Of a stretch of 57,633 nt of DNA, positions 1-8,574 are shown in pieces. The translations under genes and the position numbers were made by a program. Source of the stretch: Nitrospinota bacterium (GTDB lineage: Bacteria > Nitrospinota > Nitrospinia > Nitrospinales > JACRGP01); contig JACRGP010000085.1 of the NCBI GenBank assembly GCA_016217765.1, positions 1-57,633 of the forward strand, in the 5' to 3' direction. A model generated the notes under the pieces. The model saw only the letters and a program-made list of their open reading frames with translations, made no database searches and was not told the DNA's origin. Each line of letters begins with the position of its first letter. The first letter of the stretch is position 1.

Positions 1-1
1 C

Positions 2-145
2 TCCGCCGGCGATCCGCGTCCCGCCGTTGGGAAAGACATCGGGGAAGGGGTCATCGTCCGTTACGACGAGAAGGCGCGGGAGATTGTCGGACTCACTATC
101 ATCGGGCTTATGGCGCGGCTGACCGAGGGTGAAATGCGTTCTTAA
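2..145 (+). CDS. C-terminal fragment of a small DUF2283-like protein (5' end outside window)
   Basis: Open frame from the window edge to TAA at 143-145. The tail '...GEGVIVRYDEKAREIVGLTIIGL' resembles the YD-x-x-G-x-hVGIEI motif of DUF2283-type small proteins. Recognised from memory only. Confidence 0.35.
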   Translation, partial: SAGDPRPAVGKDIGEGVIVRYDEKAREIVGLTIIGLMARLTEGEMRS

Positions 146-213
146 CGCGGGACGCTTGGACGGTCGGCGCGAAAAATCGCGATAATGGGGCGTATGGAAA
201 ACGGGGAGCATTT

Positions 214-233
214 TTAGAGCGCCTGACAAAATG
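214..233. repeat. Solo, slightly degenerate copy of the MITE terminal repeat
   Basis: 'ttagagcgcctgacaaaatg' differs at only a few positions from the TIR 'ttagagcgtctaacaaaatga' seen at 10527, 49583 and 55468. No MITE core follows it. Confidence 0.4.
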
Positions 234-287
234 GGTCGCTTGTTTTGAGCCATGTTAAAATACGCCTATGTGACGGAAGGATGATTC

Positions 288-470
288 ATGGCGATCGACG
301 GTCTTTTTAAGGAGAAACGGGGAAAGATATTAGAAATCGCCGCCCGGCACGGGGCGCGTAACGTACGTCTCTTTGGCTCCATGGCGCGCCGCCAGCGTGT
401 CGCTGGGCCCAACGCCGCCACGTCATTGCAAGCGGGCGTTGCGAACGCGGCGATCCGCGCCTGGTTGTAA
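288..470 (+). pseudogene. Truncated nucleotidyltransferase (MNT-type antitoxin) N-terminus
   Basis: 'KRGKILEIAARHGARNVRLFGSMAR' matches the usual N-terminus of minimal nucleotidyltransferases ('...GA.NVRVFGSVARGE..DSD(I/V)D'). The catalytic GS...DxD part is replaced by unrelated sequence, no frame restores it, and a palindromic repeat follows. Confidence 0.45.
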
Positions 471-490
471 AAATAAGCGCCACAAGAATG

Positions 491-580
491 CCGCCCTTCG
501 ACAGGCTCAGGGCGGCAAAAGGGGCTGTCATGCTGAGTCATTCGGCGAACTCAGGACAGGCCCTGTCGAAGCATGACTCG
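491..580. repeat. GC-rich palindromic (REP-like) intergenic element
   Basis: Arms 'cttcgacagg' (496-505) and 'cctgtcgaag' (562-571) are reverse complements. 'tcatgc' and 'gcatga' are nested arms. The element sits between a gene remnant and the 3' end of the kinase gene. Confidence 0.6.
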
Positions 581-607
581 TGTTGCGCGAGCTTATGCAA
601 CCAAGCG

Positions 608-1492
608 TTAGACGGCGGGCAAATCGATGGTGAAAGTCGTCCCCTGGCCTGGCTCGCTTTCCGCCGCGATGGTCCCGCGGTGTCTCTCGATAATTCCATG
701 GACTATGTAAAGGCCGAGTCCCGTGCCTTTGCCTTCGGGTTTGGTGGTGAAGAACGGCTCGAAAATCTTTTCCAGATGCTCCTTGCTCATCCCCTCGCCG
801 GTGTCCGAGATTTTTATCCGCACATGGCCGGATTCCTCTTTGTTGATTTTTTCGGCGCTTACGGTCAGGGTCCCTTGGTCGCGCATGGCGTATTTCGCGT
901 TCTGTATCAAGTTCAGGAATACCTGACGGATTTCGTCTTTGTCCGCTTTCACCAGAGGCAGGTCTGGCTGGAAATCGCGGCGGATTTCGATGTTGTCCAC
1001 CGCGTACTCTTTTTCGACCAGGGCCAGCACGGATTCCAACTCGGCCTGGATTTGGACTGGACTCGGTTCCTTGTCTCGATTTTCCCGGGAAACTTTCAAC
1101 AGCGAACTCACGATCTTTTCGATCCGCTTCGCCTCGTTCATGATCACGTTGAGGTATTTTATCAACTCGGGGTTGTCCTTTATTTTCCTCAACTGCATTT
1201 GCGTGTGCAGGGAAATGATGTTCAGCGGGTTCAACACTTCGTGGCTGACGCCCGCGGACAACTGCCCGATGGCCGCCAGCTTCCGCGACATTACTATTTG
1301 GTTTTGGGCGATTTGCAACATTTCCTCCGCCTTTTTCCGTTCGAGTATTTCCTCGTAGAGCAGTTTGGTCTGTTCAATGGCGGTTTTCTCCTGCACCTCC
1401 AATAGCCGGTTCAAGGCGTCGATCTGGAACAGGAGGAGCTTCAACTCTTCGTCTTGACTTTGCTTGCCATTTTGTTGATTGTTCTGTTCCAT
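608..1492 (-). CDS. Soluble sensor histidine kinase (coiled-coil + HisKA + HATPase_c), no transmembrane or sensor domain
   Basis: H-box '[13 protein letters not shown]', N-box '[11 protein letters not shown]', G-boxes 'DTGEGM' and 'GTGLGLYIV'. The N-terminal ~60 aa is heptad-like. Confidence 0.88.
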   Translation of the reverse strand: MEQNNQQNGKQSQDEELKLLLFQIDALNRLLEVQEKTAIEQTKLLYEEILERKKAEEMLQIAQNQIVMSRKLAAIGQLSAGVSHEVLNPLNIISLHTQMQLRKIKDNPELIKYLNVIMNEAKRIEKIVSSLLKVSRENRDKEPSPVQIQAELESVLALVEKEYAVDNIEIRRDFQPDLPLVKADKDEIRQVFLNLIQNAKYAMRDQGTLTVSAEKINKEESGHVRIKISDTGEGMSKEHLEKIFEPFFTTKPEGKGTGLGLYIVHGIIERHRGTIAAESEPGQGTTFTIDLPAV

Positions 1493-1494
1493 GG

Positions 1495-2241
1495 CTAAAG
1501 CGAAAACACCTTCTTTTCGAAGGGCAGGGTCGCTATCTCAACGCTTAAGGTCAAAGTTTTAAATAAACTCGCCGTCTTGTTCGAAATGAAAACTTTTGAA
1601 AACAGGATCGCCGCGAATATGTCGCCATTGGGAAACAATCCTCCAAAACCGAGCGCCGATTTTATCTTTTGCGGCTTTACGAAGTTTTCCTGCGCGGGAA
1701 TTATGGGGTTTCCCAAGGCGTCGGGAACGTGAAACACCCCGTACACCGTTTCTTCCCTGTCCAGGAACAGGCCATGCCTGGGTTCTATGACATTTTTAAC
1801 ATCCATGCCCAATTGCTTGACGAGGTTCGAGATCATGGGGAACTGCTCCACGACGGACACGCTCGGCAATGGAATCGCTTGATGCCCGCGCGAGTTTTTT
1901 CGCGAATTCCATTCCGGTTTTTCCCCGGCGGTTGCCAGGAGGACCAGACACTTCATTTTAGACAGATCCATGTCTTTGTCCGGAAATTGCCGGGCGAAAT
2001 TATTAAGTTCCTCGTCAAGATCGCGGTAATCGTGGGTCTTGAAAAAACGGGCCAGGGAGCAGGCGCGTTCGCCCGATTTCCCGTCGCGCAGGGACTCAAA
2101 CAGGTAATGAATAATGGAATTGGCGGCTTCCTCCATGCAGTGGGCGTTTTGGCCCATCCGGCGCAAATCGTTCGAGCATTGGGTCATGGCCAGCAAGTCG
2201 AAATTATTCAAATCGTAAAATTGCGGCGATTTTTCGCTCAT
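1495..2241 (-). CDS. Hypothetical protein, candidate stand-alone sensory partner of the downstream kinase
   Basis: 248-aa ORF with protein-like composition. Its stop is 2 nt upstream of the kinase start, implying an operon. I recognise no motif. Confidence 0.6.
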   Translation of the reverse strand: MSEKSPQFYDLNNFDLLAMTQCSNDLRRMGQNAHCMEEAANSIIHYLFESLRDGKSGERACSLARFFKTHDYRDLDEELNNFARQFPDKDMDLSKMKCLVLLATAGEKPEWNSRKNSRGHQAIPLPSVSVVEQFPMISNLVKQLGMDVKNVIEPRHGLFLDREETVYGVFHVPDALGNPIIPAQENFVKPQKIKSALGFGGLFPNGDIFAAILFSKVFISNKTASLFKTLTLSVEIATLPFEKKVFSL

Positions 2242-2329
2242 CTACAAAGCCCGCTTTGAAAAGAAAAAACCGGCCCAAAAAATCCATTTTTAATATAGGC
2301 TGTCATATTCGATATGTCCAACTCGAAAT

Positions 2330-2385
2330 AGGGGGCGGGTTTGTCCCCCCTTGCAAAGGGGGGCCGGGGGGGATTTAAAAAACCG
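2330..2385. repeat. REP-like hairpin module 'ccccccttgcaaagggggg'
   Basis: Perfect C6/G6 hairpin at 2345-2364. The same module recurs at 32186-32205. Confidence 0.6.
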
Positions 2386-2506
2386 GCGATAAACGGCCTC
2401 TCCGATATTTTGACCCGGCAGGCGTTGTCTTTTGGTCCAAGCGGTTTCCCGCCGTTTTTCTTTTTTTGTTTGCGCGGTTCCATGCTCGCTGTTGAGGCGC
2501 CACGCG

Positions 2507-2547
2507 AAAAAAAGCCCGCCGGTTTTTTTGCCGGCGGGCGTTTTTTT
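2507..2547. terminator. Bidirectional rho-independent terminator
   Basis: Stem 'gcccgccgg' (2514-2522) pairs with 'ccggcgggc' (2531-2539). It is flanked by an A7 tract and a T7 tract, just downstream of the aldolase gene end (2565). Confidence 0.75.
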
Positions 2548-2564
2548 AGCGGGATGCGTCGCGG

Positions 2565-3968
2565 TCAGGCGTATTCGATTTCGTCCTTCAGGACCGGACG
2601 GATTTTGACGGGACGGACGGTTTGCTGGACGTATTTGTTGGTGTCCCGCACTTTCAACTGGTCGAAGAGGAAATCGAGTTTTCCCTCCAGCTCCCGGGCG
2701 ATGGCGGTCTGGACCGTTTCCGGCAACTGCCAGAACCGGGGTTTGAATTTGCCGCCGAACCCCTTCTTGCGGGTCTTGTAAATGAACTGCTCGTCGGTTT
2801 CGCCCGCTTTCTTTTCGTTGGCGCACTCGGCCCGGAGATGGGTATAGATTTCCTGTTTGAGGTCCTTGGGAAAGTTTTTGCTTTCGTAGATCATGTTCTG
2901 GAAGTCCGTGGCGAGATGGATCTCGGCGGTCTCCAGCTCCGGAAATTTATGAAACAGTTCCGCGGGCAACGTCGACGCCCCGTGTTGCACGGCCCCCGCC
3001 AGGCCGTAGCGCTCGCGCGAGATTCTCGATAGTTTCTCCAGGGTGTCGAAGTCGAGTTTCACGTCGGCCACCGATCCGTCGGGGAGGGGGACGCCGCCGT
3101 GGGACGTGCCGGTCTGGATGGAGATTTTGCTGATGCCCTTGTGGTTTTTATTCTTTTTCCCCAGGCATTCCAGGAAGTTGTCCATATAGGCCCGCAGTTC
3201 CTCCTCGTTGCTGTTCTCCTTGCCCACCTCGCCGATTTCGCCGCCCACCGAGATGACGACGCCTTCCGGTTCCAGATCGCGGATGTGGCTGGTGAATTCG
3301 ACGCCCATCTCGAAATTGGCCCGTTGTTGTTCCTTGACCGTCGGCTTGTCCAGGGTGACGAGCGTCGAGGTGTCGATGTCGATGTTGTAGTACCCCGCGT
3401 TGATGGCTTCCTTGATCAGTTGTTTGAGGCCTTGCGTTTCCTTCTCCCGGTCGGCGGAGAAGTTTTTGGCGTTGATCTGGTAATGGTCGCCCTGGATGAA
3501 CACCGGCCCGCGGAATTTCTCCTTGATGGCCGCCGCCAGGATCACCATCGCGAACTCGTGCGGTCTCTGGTGGGTGTACCCCATTTCCGACTTGGCGAGT
3601 TCGAAGATGAAGGCGCCGCAGTTTATCTTTTGCGCGGCGCGGAAAATGGTCCGGCTGAAAGGGTAGGGCATGCCGCGGACGTTGATGGCGGGGACGGTGA
3701 AGCCGTGCATTTTCCCCTTGCCTCGCGCCTCGTACAGGTCCTCGATGGAAGCGGAAATCGCGCCGAGGTCCAGGGCGGCGGATTTGATGATGTGGCGCGA
3801 AAGCCCCCGGATTTCCCTGGATTCGTTGAGCGCGGCATTGGCTGCCAAGTCGTCCAGGACCTTGTCGCGGAATTTGTCTTCGTTCTCCAGGCGGACATCC
3901 CCGTTGTCCAGGGAAACGGCGCCTTTCAGATGATTCTCAAGATCCTTTCTACTGCCAAATAAAAGCAT
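2565..3968 (-). CDS. Class II (metal-dependent) fructose/ketose-bisphosphate aldolase family, long form
   Basis: 'FTVPAINVRG', 'FIQGDHYQ' and 'IQTGTSHGG' correspond to the class II FBA substrate- and zinc-binding motifs. At 467 aa it is longer than canonical FbaA. Confidence 0.7.
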   Translation of the reverse strand: MLLFGSRKDLENHLKGAVSLDNGDVRLENEDKFRDKVLDDLAANAALNESREIRGLSRHIIKSAALDLGAISASIEDLYEARGKGKMHGFTVPAINVRGMPYPFSRTIFRAAQKINCGAFIFELAKSEMGYTHQRPHEFAMVILAAAIKEKFRGPVFIQGDHYQINAKNFSADREKETQGLKQLIKEAINAGYYNIDIDTSTLVTLDKPTVKEQQRANFEMGVEFTSHIRDLEPEGVVISVGGEIGEVGKENSNEEELRAYMDNFLECLGKKNKNHKGISKISIQTGTSHGGVPLPDGSVADVKLDFDTLEKLSRISRERYGLAGAVQHGASTLPAELFHKFPELETAEIHLATDFQNMIYESKNFPKDLKQEIYTHLRAECANEKKAGETDEQFIYKTRKKGFGGKFKPRFWQLPETVQTAIARELEGKLDFLFDQLKVRDTNKYVQQTVRPVKIRPVLKDEIEYA

Positions 3969-4444
3969 GTCGGTCTCCTTCGGTATTTTTCGTGGACGCT
4001 ATTACGGGTTTATGTCAAGCAATAGAAATGGGAAATAAAGGGGTGAATCGCCTTATCAACACAAATATAGGACAATTTCGCTTCTTGTCGAACAAGATTT
4101 CGGCTTTTTTGCAATGGAACCGCCCGGTCAAAAAATAACTTCAGGCCGTTGTCTTGATAAATACAGTTTGTGCCATGAATGACCGTTTGTTACGGTCTTG
4201 GATGCCCTGTAATGAGTTGCGTAGCCGTATTCTAACCAAAAATAGCTGGAGCGTAAAACCCTGTCTTTAAAATAATAGTAACATATTATATATCAATTAG
4301 TTAATTCGAAATTTGCCGGGAATCCCGGAAAACTTCCAAGCGGGCGCTTGATTTTCGGAATGACCGGGGCATTCGCCATTCTTTCCGCCGCTCCGAGGGG
4401 AACAAATCCAGACCATTCGTCAAGGGCCGTTAGAGCAATTAATA

Positions 4445-4472
4445 TTGACAGTTATTAATTATTTGTTAAAAT
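4445..4472 (+). promoter_or_regulatory. Sigma70-like promoter candidate for the USP/PCP_red gene
   Basis: TTGACA (4445-4450), 16-bp spacer, TAAAAT (4467-4472), inside an AT-rich intergenic region about 140 nt upstream of the ATG at 4611. Confidence 0.35.
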
Positions 4473-4517
4473 TTTTAACGTTTCGTTTAATGGTTTTTTT
4501 AACCTTTCGTTCAATCC
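4473..4517 (+). promoter_or_regulatory. Two direct repeats 'tttttaacSTTTCGTTYAAT', candidate regulator binding site
   Basis: 'tttttaacgtttcgtttaatgg' and 'tttttaacctttcgttcaatcc' start 23 bp apart, immediately downstream of the putative -10. Confidence 0.3.
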
Positions 4518-4610
4518 AACCTAGTCTTTAGGTTTAGGTTCGAGAAATCGGTTTCAGCCTGCGAATTTCCATTATTTATATAAGATAGCCAAAAGGGAGA
4601 GGTCAGCCCC

Positions 4611-6581
4611 ATGTTTAAGAACATCTATTTACCCGTGGACAATTCCGACTACTCCAACGCCTGTATCGATCTGGGCGTGGGATTAGCCCAGAAGTTCAAT
4701 TCCACCATTACCGCCAGTCACGTCTATGCCGCGAAAATGCACGACGTGCGTTTCCGGCAGATGGAGAGCGGCCTTCCCGAGGAGTACCAGGACGAGGCGG
4801 AGCTGGAAAAACAGAGGAACATCCATGACCAGTTGATCACCAAGGGAATGGAAGTGATCACGGATTCCTATCTGGACGTGCCCAAGTTCAAATGCAAGGA
4901 GCGGGGAATCCCCTTTGTCGGGAAATCGCTTGAGGGCCGGAACTGGATCGAGTTGGTCAGGGACGTCCGGGAATCCAATTACGACCTCGTGATCATGGGC
5001 GCCTTGGGGCTGGGGGCGATCCGGGACAGCCAGATCGGCGCCGTCTGCGAGCGGGTGATCCGCAGGATCCAGACGGATACCTTGATCGTCAAGTACATTC
5101 CCGAACTGCAGGGGGACAGGCCCTCGAGCGGCAAGATCGTGGTGGCGGTGGACGGTAGCGGCCAGGCCTTCGGCGGCCTGAAGACCGCCATTGAATTGTG
5201 CAAGGCCCTCAACCGGCCGCTGGAGGTCATCTCGACCTTCGATCCTTACTTCCATTACGCCATGTTCAACAGCCTCACCGGCGTGCTTTCCAAGGAAGCC
5301 TCCAAGGTGTTCAAGTTCGAGCAACAGGAAAAGCTCCACGAAGACATCATCGACAAGGGGCTGGCGAAGATCTACCAGGCGCACCTGGAAATTTCCCGGA
5401 AGATCGTCCAGGAAGAAGGCATGGAATGCACCATCCGTCTCCTCGACGGCAAGGTCTTCGAAAAAGTATTGCAGTACGCGCGGGAGGAAAACCCCTTCAT
5501 GCTGATCCTCGGCAGAATTGGCGTGCACAGCGCGCAGGACATGGACATCGGCGGCAATACCGAGAACCTTCTCCGGCTGGCGCCCTGCAACGTTTACCTT
5601 TCGAGCCGGGTTTACAAGCCCCCGATCGACATGCAGGCGGAGGAGAGCATCGACTGGACGGCGGAGGCCAAGGAACGCTTGCAGAAGATCCCCGGCTTCG
5701 TCCGCCCCATGGCCACCTCGGCGATCCTGCGCTACGCCCTGGAGAGGGGGCACAGCATGATCACCTCCAGCGTCATCACGGAAGCGGTGCAGACCATCCT
5801 GCCGGCGGGCGCGATGCAGGCCATGCAGATGATCGGCGACAAGATGCGGCATCAGGCCCAGACGGGGGACGACCCATACACCTCCGCCAACCTCGGCATG
5901 TTGAAGGAGGAAATGATGGCCGCCCACGCGGGCAAGAAGCCCCAGGAGGTCCGGTTGAAATGCGGCGACTGCGGCGCCGTCATGGGCGGCGACGCCGTGA
6001 AGTGCGGCGTGTGCAACGCCGGGGTCGAGCGGTTACTGCCGATCGACCACCAGGAGTTCCAGGCCAACGTCCCCAACGAGGGCGAGATCGCCACGGTGAC
6101 GACCTTCGACTCCGTGGAGGTCAACTGGACGCAAGAGGCGATGGGCCGGCTCAACGAGTTTCCCGAGGGACATGTCCGGCGGAAGGCGCGGGCCCGGATC
6201 GAAAAGAACGCGCGGGTCCAAAAAGTCCCCGCCATTTCCCTGGCCTTCGTGAACAAGATACTGAACGAAAAAGCCGGTTCCGAGTCCCAGGCCGGGAACG
6301 ATTCCAACGGAGCCAAGGATTACGCTCCCCATGCCGCGGACGAAAGCCATTTCGTCTGGACCCAGGACGCCGTGGCGCGCCTGGAACGGGTTCCCGGAGG
6401 GTTCATGAGGGACAGCACGAAGAAGCGCGTCTTGGAATACGCCGAATCCATCGGAGCTAAGGAAATCACCCTGCAGGTCGCCGAGGCGGGCATCGAGGAA
6501 TCCAAGAAGATGATGGCGGCGGCCATGGCCAACGGCGCCACTTTGGAGGATTTCCTGCCAAAGAAAGAAGCCAAGGTTTGA
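4611..6581 (+). CDS. Fusion protein: two universal stress protein (USP) domains, a Cys4 zinc ribbon and three PCP_red-type domains
   Basis: The N-terminal halves look like USPs ('NIYLPVDNSDYS', 'KIVVAVDGSGQA', 'LILGRIGVHS'). 'CGDCGAVMGGDAVKCGVC' is the ribbon. Three repeats match the protochlorophyllide-reductase 57 kDa C-terminal domain pattern: 'W(T)xEAxxRLxxxPxFVR', e.g. 'IDWTAEAKERLQKIPGFVRPMA', 'VNWTQEAMGRLNEFPEGHVRRKA', 'FVWTQDAVARLERVPGGFMRDST'. SD 'aagggagagg' precedes the ATG. Confidence 0.8.
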   Translation: MFKNIYLPVDNSDYSNACIDLGVGLAQKFNSTITASHVYAAKMHDVRFRQMESGLPEEYQDEAELEKQRNIHDQLITKGMEVITDSYLDVPKFKCKERGIPFVGKSLEGRNWIELVRDVRESNYDLVIMGALGLGAIRDSQIGAVCERVIRRIQTDTLIVKYIPELQGDRPSSGKIVVAVDGSGQAFGGLKTAIELCKALNRPLEVISTFDPYFHYAMFNSLTGVLSKEASKVFKFEQQEKLHEDIIDKGLAKIYQAHLEISRKIVQEEGMECTIRLLDGKVFEKVLQYAREENPFMLILGRIGVHSAQDMDIGGNTENLLRLAPCNVYLSSRVYKPPIDMQAEESIDWTAEAKERLQKIPGFVRPMATSAILRYALERGHSMITSSVITEAVQTILPAGAMQAMQMIGDKMRHQAQTGDDPYTSANLGMLKEEMMAAHAGKKPQEVRLKCGDCGAVMGGDAVKCGVCNAGVERLLPIDHQEFQANVPNEGEIATVTTFDSVEVNWTQEAMGRLNEFPEGHVRRKARARIEKNARVQKVPAISLAFVNKILNEKAGSESQAGNDSNGAKDYAPHAADESHFVWTQDAVARLERVPGGFMRDSTKKRVLEYAESIGAKEITLQVAEAGIEESKKMMAAAMANGATLEDFLPKKEAKV

Positions 6582-6672
6582 TCGCGAAGGCCAGCCGGTC
6601 GTTGCGGGGATAAATAAACATTTTCCCGGTCTGGCTTGAATACACAGGCGCTTCGAGTTTACGCTGATGACT

Positions 6673-6709
6673 CCTGCGCCGCCGGCGCCGGCGCGCGCGG
6701 TTTTTTTTT
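6673..6709 (+). terminator. Rho-independent terminator candidate
   Basis: Very GC-rich self-complementary stretch 'gcgccgccggcgccggcgcgcgcgg' followed by T9, about 90 nt after the stop at 6581. Confidence 0.5.
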
Positions 6710-6808
6710 GTTTGCGCTTCCGGCCAGACCCCGTCCGCCCCTTTTCCCATCCTTTCGCCAGCGGGCGGACCCATCCAACCCAGACGGCCCATGGTCCGGT
6801 GATCCAAA

Positions 6809-8560
6809 ATGTCCATTAGACTTTTCAAACGGATGATCGGGTATCTTCGCCCTTACATGGGGAAGGTGACCCTGGCCATTTTCTGTTCCATCATCGTGGG
6901 CCTGATCGCCACCTCGCCCGTTCCCATCATCCAAAAGATGTTCGACAAGATCTTCGTCGAGAAGGATTACTTCATGCTGAAGGCGATCCCGCTGGCGTTG
7001 GTCCTCCTGTTCCTGTGCAAGGGGTTATTGTCCTATTGTCAGAACGTCATCATTTACGGGATATCGTGGGAACTGATCGTTACGTTGCGCCAAAAGCTGT
7101 TCGACCATGTCCACCGCCTGCCCCTGAGCTTTTTCGAGGAGGGGACCACCGGACAATTGATCTCCAGGATCGTCAACGACGTCTCGATCATGCAGTCCTC
7201 GGTGACCAACCTGGTCAAGGAGTTCCTGCAGAATTCGATCATGCTGGCCGGCCTGGTCTGCTGGCTGTTTTACCTGAGATGGGATTGGGCCCTCCTGTCG
7301 GTCCTCATCTTCCCCCTGGCCGCGGTCCCCGTCTCCAACATTTCCAGGAAACTGCGGAAGCTCGGCCGCAAGGGGCAGGAAATCGTCGGCGAAATCATGT
7401 CCATCGCCATGGAATCCTTCTCCGGCATCAAGATCGTGCGGGCGTTCGGACTGGAGGACCGCCAGAAGGAGAAGTTCCGGGAGCATAACGAACGCTACTT
7501 GAACGTCATGCGGAAGAACGTCAAGTATGTGGAGATGACCTCCCCCTTCCTGGAAATCCTGGGCGCGTTCTGCGGCTCGATCGTCCTGTGGTACGGCGGC
7601 AGTCAGGTCTTGAACGGGAGCGTGACGCAGGGCTCCTTCATCGCCTTCATCGTCGCGTTGTTCATGATGTACGCCCCCGCGCGGTTGTTGTTCAAAAACT
7701 ACGCCAACTTCCAGGGATCGCTGGCGGGGGCGGAGCGCGTGTTTCAAGTCCTGGACAGGGAAGAGGAGGCCTCCAGCGGCGGCAACCGGGAAATGGCGCG
7801 GTTCGCGGAGAAAATCGAGTTTCGCGACGTCTCGTTCCGCTATCCCTCCCGCAACGCGATCGTTCTGGGCGGCATCGACCTCACGGTCAGAAAGTCGGAG
7901 GTCGTGGCCATCGTCGGCATGAGCGGCGCGGGCAAGACCACGCTGGTGGACCTCGTGTTCCGGTTTTCGAAAGTGACCTCCGGAGAAATCCTGATCGACG
8001 GGGTCAATGTCAACGAATTCAGCCTTCACTCCCTGCGGAGACAGATGGCCCTTGTGACCCAGGAAACGTTCCTGTTCAACGACACCATCCTGAACAATAT
8101 TTCCTTTGGAAATCCCGAAGCGTCCCGCGAGAAGATAATGGAAGCGGCCAAGGCCGCCTACGTGGACCAGTTCGTCCGGAACCTGGACGACGGTTACAAC
8201 ACGGTCGTCGGCGAGCGCGGCGTGAAGCTCTCCGGCGGCCAGCGCCAGAGGATCGCCATCGCCCGCGCCATACTGAGAGACGCTCCGGTCCTGGTGTTGG
8301 ACGAGGCCACCTCCGCGCTGGACTCCGAGTCGGAAAAAATGGTGCGGGACGCCATACACAACCTCATGCAACACCGGACCACGTTCGTGATCGCTCACCG
8401 GCTGTCGACGATCAAATACGCGGACCGCATCATTGTTTTGGACGGGGGGCGGATCGTTGAGTCCGGCCGCCACGAGGAACTTCTGAACAACAGCGGGATT
8501 TACCAGAAATATTACGAAATGCAGTTCATCGACGTCGACCGGAAACGGGAAGAAATTTAA
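6809..8560 (+). CDS. ABC exporter, fused permease and ATPase (MsbA/lipid-export type)
   Basis: N-terminal six-helix ABC membrane domain, Walker A 'GMSGAGKTT', signature 'LSGGQRQRIAIARA', Walker B 'VLVLDEATSALD'. Confidence 0.88.
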   Translation: MSIRLFKRMIGYLRPYMGKVTLAIFCSIIVGLIATSPVPIIQKMFDKIFVEKDYFMLKAIPLALVLLFLCKGLLSYCQNVIIYGISWELIVTLRQKLFDHVHRLPLSFFEEGTTGQLISRIVNDVSIMQSSVTNLVKEFLQNSIMLAGLVCWLFYLRWDWALLSVLIFPLAAVPVSNISRKLRKLGRKGQEIVGEIMSIAMESFSGIKIVRAFGLEDRQKEKFREHNERYLNVMRKNVKYVEMTSPFLEILGAFCGSIVLWYGGSQVLNGSVTQGSFIAFIVALFMMYAPARLLFKNYANFQGSLAGAERVFQVLDREEEASSGGNREMARFAEKIEFRDVSFRYPSRNAIVLGGIDLTVRKSEVVAIVGMSGAGKTTLVDLVFRFSKVTSGEILIDGVNVNEFSLHSLRRQMALVTQETFLFNDTILNNISFGNPEASREKIMEAAKAAYVDQFVRNLDDGYNTVVGERGVKLSGGQRQRIAIARAILRDAPVLVLDEATSALDSESEKMVRDAIHNLMQHRTTFVIAHRLSTIKYADRIIVLDGGRIVESGRHEELLNNSGIYQKYYEMQFIDVDRKREEI

Positions 8561-8574
8561 AAGGACGAGCGCGG

